Shown piece by piece: positions 51,501 through 61,696 of a stretch of 64,000 bases of DNA. Position 1 is the first letter of the stretch. Each line of letters begins with the position of its first letter. The notes below the pieces were generated by a model. The model saw only the letters and a program-made list of their open reading frames with translations. It was not told the DNA's origin and searched no databases. This DNA is from Styela clava (Eukaryota). Both the position numbers and the translations under genes were made by a program. The stretch is taken from the NCBI RefSeq assembly GCF_964204865.1, contig NC_135260.1, forward strand, positions 3,844,001 to 3,908,000, given 5' to 3'.

Positions 51501-54439
51501 TTCACTTTTCACAATGATATCATGTGAACAAGGTTTCTCACATATTTTCAATATTATTGACAGTGATGAACTTTTCAAAGTCCCTTGCCAACTGCTATAT
51601 CTTTCACTAGGATAAGTCTGTGCATAGCTCTTAAGTCTCAACCATCGGTGTCACTTGCAATCTTTCTTTAGACTACCATCATCTATGTACTTGTATACTG
51701 CACCCAAGCAATTTGTATGCAATTCTAGAGAATGTATTTGGTGGTAATAAAAGTATAATATCGCACATCATGGAAGCAGTGATTATAAATGACCTTTGAC
51801 CCAGACAACAGACAAAAGTTATTATTAAGGATCAATAAAACAAATATTTTATTAAGAATCATTCAAACAATATTTTTTAATGAATATAACACACAGATAC
51901 TTGATATGTGATAGTTCCTATATTGATCGAATACCAACATTCTATTAATTCACATTGATCTAATATAAGAGCCATTTAATCAAGCCATACATATCAGTGT
52001 ACAATCGATATTTACATGTATTGAATATGATCTGCATTTAGTTTAGATGGTTCCAGTGAGTTTCATAACCAACCCAAGTCACAAAACACCAGTACGTGAT
52101 GGAAATGGAGTTCAATCTCTTATTTAAATAGCAGATTGCAGAGTGGTTGCCTGGGGTATTCAGAAAGCCATCGTTGGTAGGGAGCACTGGAATGGACTTG
52201 TGTAGAGGGTACAGGCTGTGATCGTGAATTCATTGGTGAGTGGTATTGGGTGAATCGGAAGCATCTGTCCTGGTTGGTGATAATACCAGCCTTGAGTGTA
52301 CGATGGAACTCCTGTCACTAGTTGAGAATGTACTCGTTCTGGTGGAACAACTACAGCTAACTACAACAAAACGCGAAATAATCAATGTTATGTGAGAGCA
52401 TGTTCACGATAGTTGTCTGGAATCTTTGTTTGTTTATTATGTGCGCGAAACTGTTTCTCGCTCGTTCAAAATACTTATCTTTGAAGTAATGACAAATTCT
52501 TTCATGTAATTCTAAGCTTTGAAATACTTACCCAAATAAAATTGAATTAGTAGTAAAATAAAAAATTTACAAAAAAAATATGTTGACGTCATCGTGGATA
52601 CGAACACTCGGCTCAAGCATGGATCATAGTTGGATGCCTAAAATGATTTTAGTTAGTGCGGGAATACTTCACAAAACATAAACCTAAAGGTAAAATAGCC
52701 CGAAAATAACTAATATTGCCATATTATGACCAAGGATGCGAGTGCGAATATATGAGAGATCCGGAAACAAAGAGTAGGTTATGCACATCCACTAATAAAG
52801 GAGACAGGACTCTGAGAAAAGTTACAGATGAGCACTGAAGAGAGACATGATACAGAAACTATATTGTGGTGGGGCATACCAACGTATAAAATTTGAAACA
52901 AACTATAATGCCATTATATACCTTTCATTGATTCCCCAGGTTTGGTCAAGCGTAAATTGTACCAAATCTGATGGACCTTGGCTATGTATTACTTTTAAGC
53001 CACAAAAACCATTGTTCATTCATTTTATCTAATCTTACTGAGAAATATAAGTTTTGTCATTGTGATCTGACAATGATTAAAACTTAATTAAATCCCTCTC
53101 TCAATTCAGTCATCATTAATAAATAACTTCAATATAGTAATGGATACCAGAACTGCAACAAACTCAATGACGCATAATTCAACCCAGAACAACATATAAG
53201 TCTGAAGAGGTTCAAAGTTCACCCTGCAGCCGATAACAAATGTTTATTTAGCTGATGCCAGTTCGAACATTAATTTCCTCTCTACTGTAGTACCAGTATG
53301 AGTAACCTTAATAACATCATCCTTAACTTAACAGTCATAAATCTCTTCGCTAAGATGGATTGTACCCCAGCACCCAGCTATATCAATACCTTATAAATTA
53401 AAAGTTATTTATTTTCGATATAGTATGGTTAACCTTACCATGTTCCCTAATTTTTGTTTAGCTAAGATGGATTGTGCACCCTGTTATATCAATGACTTAT
53501 ACCAGGACATGCACAAATTCTTATGTGTGGGCGGGGGTGTCTCAAACATATCGAAACTGTGTTCCCCCGAAAATGTGGCATGGTCCTATTTCTTTACAAA
53601 GAATAACACAAGGGCCTATTTGTAGGGTATTTAGTTTATTTCATTTATCAACAACAAAATTACAAAGTACATAATTACGAGATTTTATTTAATTATAAAT
53701 TAAATGTTTAACTAAAAAACAACTGACCATATCATAATCCTCTGAAATGCCATGCAAGTCAATAGATTCATAAATTTTAATGAAGATTTCATTTAACTGA
53801 AATTTCTGGCGAATTTTTGCATCTACAAAATTTCGCGCTATCGAGTAGGTCCTATTTTGAGGGAATGGAATTTGTCTCTGATTTTAGGACTAATTCCGAT
53901 TATCTTATTCAAAAATTCATTATTTAGAGCAGATGTGTGTAACCTGCGGCCCGCGAAATGAGTTTTTAATTTAATTTGGTAAATCCGATGAAGCTTACCA
54001 AAAATCAATTATAAATAAAATTTGAGCCGATTTCGAATATTTGATCTCTTTTCTACTAACAGTCAGTCTGCAAAAACATCATTCTTAAATTTACAGACTC
54101 ACATCGGTGGGGTGTTAGTGAAGTTATTACTGCAAAAAGGAAATGGCAATTGTTTTATATCAATTGACACTTATCCGAGTCTTTCTCTTAGAACATGGCC
54201 CTATAGAAGCATCGACTGAAATCTAATGACATTTCAGAATAATTTTTTATTGACAAACCGCAATCTTTCCGGTTCGAGACTACTCCATTTATCACACACT
54301 AAATGAGGTGGTGGACTTGTGATTTGGACCAATGATTAACAACCTGTAACAAGGTCATCGTGCCCACAAATTAATCTGTCTGTTAGCTTGCTTTTCACTG
54401 GGATGTGTTATAAGCTTATTACTTCAATTATTCTGGATA

Positions 54440-55090
54440 AATAGAGATCGCTGTGTAGGGAGCACTGGGATTGACTTGTGTAGACGTCGCAGATAATGGC
54501 GAGAATACATTGGCGAATCAGCTATTCCGACTACTGGTTGGTTTGGAAGCGTTTGTCCGAAGGAATGAATTATCGTGGATTGTGAAGCCATCTGGCTCGA
54601 TGGGTGATAGTGTGGTCTTACTACTTGAATAGAGGGGTATGGTGGCCTCCTGTCATTGGTACTTGCCTTGGTGCATCGGGCATTCCTGGGTAATTCAGCA
54701 TTGACAGGTACCATCATATATGGACCATTTGTAAGTCAAAATATGCAATCTGCAAACTTCAATATGTCAAGTTTATACAAAAGTTATTTGTGTACTGTCT
54801 TTGGCTTCACATGGGTTAAGGAAGCTCATGACTGTGAGCATATACCTAACTGATGAGCGGGTTGAAATCTGTATTATAGATTGCCAATGTGTCTGTTCAT
54901 ATTCAATCCTCACATATACAAAATCGGGTTCCGAGCCATTATTTTGACCAAACTTGAGTTTGGGTCACTGGATTGTCAACTCTTCTTCAATACACAAGAC
55001 TTCAACTAGTCCTGTCTTTGAAACAGATTACTGGCAACCTACCCACAGTTGAATCTATATCACTAAAGTTAATAATTGCTTACATATTAG
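54440..55090 (-). repeat. Companion module downstream of K6 (mirror copy ~62757-63407)
   Basis: Homologous to the other module copies; its distal part also resembles 52130-52360 and 32940-33170. Confidence 0.85.
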
Positions 55091-56149
55091 ATAGCTATCT
55101 ACATTTGAATTAGTAGCATATAAAGTATAGAGCACACTAAGTAAATAAATTTGCTGCTCAATGAATAAAAAAGTCCTCTCTGCAGTGGAGTATTGAAGTT
55201 GAAAAATTTAAAAATATTTTTCCACTGAAATTGTCAACATTATCAATCTTATGATTTGAGAATTCAAATATCTATTACATCAAACACATATGGAGTGCAA
55301 TATTACATATAAAGCAAGTGCATATGAACAACATGAAGCAAAGTAATTCAATAAATGCCGATATAAGTGTGAGATAAAATGAACACCAAGCAGTGAAACG
55401 TAACCATTCAAAAATTCAAACTCGATGAGGAGGAAATAAAAAACAGAGGGAGAGTTCAGGATGAATTTGTTACAGTTACAACAATGCCAATGACTTAATG
55501 AGATGATATTTATCTAGAACTGCATTTATTCGGTTAATTACAGGGGTCGGCAACCTTTTGTCGCTCGCGGGCCAAAATAATGGTTGCAAGTAATTGGCTC
55601 AAATTTTTTTTGCCAAGTTAGATCGAAACAGCTAGCGGGTCCGATCAAACGCTGGAATACGCGTGTTTTTAGTAGCCTTGAGGGTCTAAAAAGCATTTTA
55701 AGCTACGGTGCTATCTACGATACAGAAAAATTATTTTTAATTTTTTTATATTTAAAAAGGGGGGGGGGGTCGACCCGCAAAACCACCCCCTGGCTACGTC
55801 ACTGTGCCGACCCCTGGATTAATACATTCTATTATAGTGCTTACTGAATCGTGGAAAAATGAGAAAAAGACTAGAGCACATCTATTTACTAAGGAAAGGT
55901 AACGAATAAAGTTTGGCTAATTGATAGCAAATGAGCCAAATCACAACATGTCTGATATTGAAGTTTCTTGGTAATTATAAATAGGAGTCAACTAAATCAC
56001 ATTATTATGTACAATTTTGTATCTGAAATTGATATTGAATTGAAGGAAAATATTGAATCGTAAGATTCATTGCCATATAGTCAGTATATACAAGATAACA
56101 AGAAACAAGTGTATTTCCTCGTTATCCACTTTTATCATTGATTACTTAT

Positions 56150-58114
56150 TTATCGAGCAAAGCTACAGCAATAGACCCATGGAACCTGAAGCCGATCCAT
56201 TTCACAGACTATTTCCCATTTACCAGTTTTCTCATTGAATGTTTCAATAGAATCCGTCAGGTCTCGATAACTATCCCCACCGACTGCATACATTTTATTA
56301 TCAACAACACATGCACTGAAATATTGTCTATACATCGCCATTACTTCAATTTCTGTCCATGAGCGAACAGTAGGGTTATAACATTGAACATAACAGTGAG
56401 GATACCCCATATCATCTCCTCCCAATACATAAACCATACTTTGAAACACGACTGCTGCACTATCATATGCTTGATGAGACATCTGTGGCAGTGGAGACCA
56501 TTTCTTAATTCCACGATTGTATACTTTTGCTTCTGTCGCAGTTGAATAACCTCCCATCGCATATATAAACTCATCAGAGGCAGCAGCACAAAAACCATGA
56601 TCAAGATCACATGAAGGCAAATTATTATCCCATCTGTCTTTGGCAATGTCATATCGCATTGTATTCTGGTCACGGGTGATAATATAAATCCCACCCTTAA
56701 GATAAACCATCTCATACCTCTCATCACTCTTCCTTTCAACCTTGGCCTTCTTAGTCCATTGCCCATCTTGTAGCAAAGACAATTTATTTCCATCTGAAGC
56801 AAACAATTGTCCCTCACCATTGACAAGGTGAAAGCCAACATCATAATCTGACTGCAAACTAGACCATTGATTTGTTTGGAGATTCAGAGCCTTTATACCA
56901 GTCTTTGTTGTGACAGCAATATGTGGAACAAGTTTTCCCCCCTGAGCTTTGGCATGGAGAATATCAAGCAATAAATCTTTACACTTATGCGACTCTTTAA
57001 CTAAAGGTTCATTTCTGACTGTTTGTCGAATAAACTCATAAGAAAAATCCTGAAGTTTTATCAACCCGAACAAGTCTGAAAAATTTTTTTGATGACGGCG
57101 ACTTTGTTTGGCCCATTTCAGCGCAGCTTCCCATTTAATTTTCTCTGAAGAATATTTTGTTTCCTGAGATTTGAACAAGAAAAAAATTTCAATTTTTTCC
57201 AACTCGATAAATTCATCCAACGGTACAATCTGTTCAAAATTCTGAGCCATGAACTCATTGATTATATTTCTGACATTCTCTGAGCAAACTTTGTTTTTGA
57301 TCCGATTAATCTTCCTCAAAACGAATAAAGTGTTGAGGGATAAATTCACTTTCAACCCATCGATATTTGAAAGCAATTTTTTGATAACAAAACTTTGTGC
57401 ATCTGGAGAACTTTGTACCAAAGAATCATTTAGCAGATCAGTGAGCAAAAACTTATAGGGAAACTCCCCGAAATGCAAAGTCTCCAATAATTCTGATTCA
57501 ATTTTTTCACCTTTGTTCGAAATCCATCTTCTCACAGCATGCCAAACTACCTCATGCTTTTTATCCAACTTTTGCAGATAAAATACGAGTTCTTCTTTGC
57601 TCAGATGTAGGAAATCTTCGCCCAAAATCAGAGACTCAAAATTATCCAAAATGAATTGCTCAGCAATGGTTTGTACCTCTGTGTGATCATAGAGTCTTGC
57701 CAACCTGACCACTAAAAGGCAATGCTGCACTGACAAATTATTTTCCATGAAATTGAAGCATATACTCGATAATACATCAAGCTGCATTAAGTGGGAAGCA
57801 TACAAGATATTTTCAACAGATTCCATGGATGGATTTGCTTCACCGGTGTACATGAAATCTACACACTGCCCTACAGCATCAGCACAGATGTCTTTCATAA
57901 TAACAAAACCATTCCGAGCCTCAACCATGTTACTTGAAAACATGCCTTTGAAGTACTTTGATACTGCGCCAAGCAGATCTCGATGGACTTTGAAAGATTT
58001 GTCACCAACTTGGATTGTGAAGTTACAAATGCAGTCAGATTGTTTTAGTTCATTGAATGATGTAAGTACATTCAATGAGTGGGTAATCTTTGCAGATTTT
58101 TTGAATTCATCCAT
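56150..58114 (-). CDS. K6: kelch-like protein, BTB-BACK-BACK-Kelch, 654 aa
   Basis: Intact ORF colinear with K1. Confidence 0.93.
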   Translation of the reverse strand: MDEFKKSAKITHSLNVLTSFNELKQSDCICNFTIQVGDKSFKVHRDLLGAVSKYFKGMFSSNMVEARNGFVIMKDICADAVGQCVDFMYTGEANPSMESVENILYASHLMQLDVLSSICFNFMENNLSVQHCLLVVRLARLYDHTEVQTIAEQFILDNFESLILGEDFLHLSKEELVFYLQKLDKKHEVVWHAVRRWISNKGEKIESELLETLHFGEFPYKFLLTDLLNDSLVQSSPDAQSFVIKKLLSNIDGLKVNLSLNTLFVLRKINRIKNKVCSENVRNIINEFMAQNFEQIVPLDEFIELEKIEIFFLFKSQETKYSSEKIKWEAALKWAKQSRRHQKNFSDLFGLIKLQDFSYEFIRQTVRNEPLVKESHKCKDLLLDILHAKAQGGKLVPHIAVTTKTGIKALNLQTNQWSSLQSDYDVGFHLVNGEGQLFASDGNKLSLLQDGQWTKKAKVERKSDERYEMVYLKGGIYIITRDQNTMRYDIAKDRWDNNLPSCDLDHGFCAAASDEFIYAMGGYSTATEAKVYNRGIKKWSPLPQMSHQAYDSAAVVFQSMVYVLGGDDMGYPHCYVQCYNPTVRSWTEIEVMAMYRQYFSACVVDNKMYAVGGDSYRDLTDSIETFNEKTGKWEIVCEMDRLQVPWVYCCSFAR

Positions 58115-58529
58115 ATTCTGTATCTTGGAAGTGATTCACAAATGACAAGGCTTTAATAGTAATATAGATGACAGCAAGATGATTACCTAACTAGATTCTG
58201 TGGTATTTGTATATTAGGTAAATATTTGTAGTATTGGAGAATTTCAAATTTGCAATACAATATAAAGAGAGGAGAGATAGAAACAAGATTCAAGGTTACA
58301 AAAAGGTCAAATCCTAATTTGTTATATAGATGTCCTGGTGCAGTGATTTTCAAACATCCAATCGCCATGAGATTGCGATTTTAGGATTAATATGAAAATC
58401 CTATCATGTACACTGCAACCTACTTTCTCAAGTAGGTTGTTATTTCGTATAGATAACAGACATTTCAATGCGTCTCTTTCATTAGAGACAAAGCTGACTA
58501 TTCAGTAAGGGGCAAACTTGGTTTCCTGT

Positions 58530-59010
58530 TAGTAAGTTCAGTAGTGCATCATGCACTCAGTAGTAGAATAGACTCATTTCAGAGCAAGGTGACCGTTGGC
58601 ATTGGTGGCTGAAACGCTAAGAGCTACCAAAACTATTTAGAATTTTGAAATTCCATTCAGTAGGAGACTCATCTCTGTACAGCGTTACGAAAACCACTAA
58701 AATACCAAGAGCAACTGATTCTATTCAGAATTCAAAGCGATTGATGGTGAATTACGCGTCCTCACTCAGAAGTGTAAAAGTCTCATCTCAGAGCACAGTT
58801 ACGAACAATCATCTAAACTTCAAAACCTACTGGGGGGATTTAAAATGTTGGTGGTGCAATATACGTATTTACACAATAGTGAAGGAAACTCACCTTAAGT
58901 TAAGTCACAGGCGACCACTGAAATGCAGGGAGCTACTTGGAGACTATTTGAAAGTATGGTGGTGCATTATGTGCACTCAATCAGAAGTGAAGAACACTCA
59001 TCTCTGAAAA
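58530..59010 (-). repeat. Degenerate ~105-bp tandem array in the palindrome spacer
   Basis: Reverse-complement unit cores (ctcat/ctcac) near 58571, 58666, 58781, 58887 and 58996. Confidence 0.75.
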
Positions 59011-59731
59011 ATGTAATGGGTGCCATCAGACTATTTGTGCAGTTGAATTTCAAGTCTTGCACACTTGCAACATTATTCTTTCAAACCATGGCTCCCGACT
59101 CATATTTTCTAACGTCTAGCTAGAATGCTTGTTCCACGTTTCATATGTACTGCTTGCTACTGTTTATTGTGATGTCACATACCAAGTGACTTGAATTCTG
59201 GAAATGCATTTGGAAAGGGCTAGTTTTAGACGAGCCTACAATGCCAGCCCATAGTACGTGAATCATTTAAGACAGGGGTTTGCAACTTTCGGCCGGGGGC
59301 AAAATGCGGTTTGCGGACAAGTGCCAATTTTGAATAGTGAGTGTTTGAATAGCTTTGTCTCTAATGAAAGAGACGCATTGAAATGTCTGTTATCTATACG
59401 AAATAACAACCTACTTGAGAAAGTAGGTTGCAGTGTACATGATAGGATTTTCATATTAATCCTAAAATCGCAATCTCATGGCGATTGGATGTTTGAAAAT
59501 CACTGCACCAGGACATCTATATAACAAATTAGGATTTGACCTTTTTGTAACCTTGAATCTTGTTTCTATCTCTCCTCTCTTTATATTGTATTGCAAATTT
59601 GAAATTCTCCAATACTACAAATATTTACCTAATATACAAATACCACAGAATCTAGTTAGGTAATCATCTTGCTGTCATCTATATTACTATTAAAGCCTTG
59701 TCATTTGTGAATCACTTCCAAGATACAGAAT

Positions 59732-61696
59732 ATGGATGAATTCAAAAAATCTGCAAAGATTACCCACTCATTGAATGTACTTACATCATTCAATGAACTA
59801 AAACAATCTGACTGCATTTGTAACTTCACAATCCAAGTTGGTGACAAATCTTTCAAAGTCCATCGAGATCTGCTTGGCGCAGTATCAAAGTACTTCAAAG
59901 GCATGTTTTCAAGTAACATGGTTGAGGCTCGGAATGGTTTTGTTATTATGAAAGACATCTGTGCTGATGCTGTAGGGCAGTGTGTAGATTTCATGTACAC
60001 CGGTGAAGCAAATCCATCCATGGAATCTGTTGAAAATATCTTGTATGCTTCCCACTTAATGCAGCTTGATGTATTATCGAGTATATGCTTCAATTTCATG
60101 GAAAATAATTTGTCAGTGCAGCATTGCCTTTTAGTGGTCAGGTTGGCAAGACTCTATGATCACACAGAGGTACAAACCATTGCTGAGCAATTCATTTTGG
60201 ATAATTTTGAGTCTCTGATTTTGGGCGAAGATTTCCTACATCTGAGCAAAGAAGAACTCGTATTTTATCTGCAAAAGTTGGATAAAAAGCATGAGGTAGT
60301 TTGGCATGCTGTGAGAAGATGGATTTCGAACAAAGGTGAAAAAATTGGATCAGAATTATTGGAGACTTTGCATTTCGGGGAGTTTCCCTATAAGTTTTTG
60401 CTCACTGATCTGCTAAATGATTCTTTGGTACAAAGTTCTCCAGATGCACAAAGTTTTGTTATCAAAAAATTGCTTTCAAATATCGATGGGTTGAAAGTGA
60501 ATTTATCCCTCAACACTTTATTCGTTTTGAGGAAGATTAATCGGATCAAAAACAAAGTTTGCTCAGAGAATGTCAGAAATATAATCAATGAGTTCATGGC
60601 TCAGAATTTTGAACAGATTGTACCGTTGGATGAATTTATCGAGTTGGAAAAAATTGAAATTTTTTTCTTGTTCAAATCTCAGGAAACAAAATATTCTTCA
60701 GAGAAAATTAAATGGGAAGCTGCGCTGAAATGGGCCAAACAAAGTCGCCGTCATCAAAAAAATTTTTCAGACTTGTTCGGGTTGATAAAACTTCAGGATT
60801 TTTCTTATGAGTTTATTTGACAAACAGTCAGAAATGAACCTTTAGTTAAAGAGTCGCATAAGTGTAAAGATTTATTGCTTGATATTCTCCATGCCAAAGC
60901 TCAGGGGGGAAAACTTGTTCCACATATTGCTGTCACAACAAAGACTGGTATAAAGGCTCTGAATCTCCAAACAAATCAATGGTCTAGTTTGCAGTCAGAT
61001 TATGATGTTGGCTTTCACCTTGTCAATGGTGAGGGACAATTGTTTGCTTCAGATGGAAATAAATTGTCTTTGCTACAAGATGGGCAATGGACTAAGAAGG
61101 CCAAGGTTGAAAGGAAGAGTGATGAGAGGTATGAGATGGTTTATCTTAAGGGTGGGATTTATATTATCACCCGTGACCAGAATACAATGCGATATGACAT
61201 TGCCAAAGACAGATGGGATAATAATTTGCCTTCATGTGATCTTGATCATGGTTTTTGTGCTGCTGCCTCTGATGAGTTTATATATGCGATGGGAGGTTAT
61301 TCAACTGCGACAGAAGCAAAAGTATACAATCGTGGAATTAAGAAATGGTCTCCACTGCCACAGATGTCTCATCAAGCATATGATAGTGCAGCAGTCGTGT
61401 TTCAAAGTATGGTTTATGTATTGGGAGGAGATGATATGGGGTATCCTCACTGTTATGTTCAATGTTATAACCCTACTGTTCGCTCATGGACAGAAATTGA
61501 AGTAATGGCGATGTATAGACAATATTTCAGTGCATGTGTTGTTGATAATAAAATGTATGCAGTCGGTGGGGATAGTTATCGAGACCTGACGGATTCTATT
61601 TAAACATTCAATGAGAAAACTGGTAAATGGGAAATAGTCTGTGAAATGGATCGGCTTCAGGTTCCATGGGTCTATTGCTGTAGCTTTGCTCGATAA
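59732..61696 (+). pseudogene. K7: inverted copy of K6 with two nonsense substitutions
   Basis: CGA>TGA at 60818-60820 and GAA>TAA at 61601-61603. Otherwise the same protein as K6 except KIGSE vs KIESE. Confidence 0.88.

Noticed and set aside
56341-56844. Same-strand alternative-frame ORF MMLAF.. (121-167 aa) in K3-K7
   Set aside because: Stops early in K1 and K2 and its length varies. Persistence is explained by recent duplication and codon bias.
57747-58145. Recurrent antisense ORFs (MKLKHILDN.., MLLENMPLKYF..) opposite the BTB
   Set aside because: Shadow frames of the conserved kelch CDS; lengths and stops vary between paralogs and no domain is recognisable.
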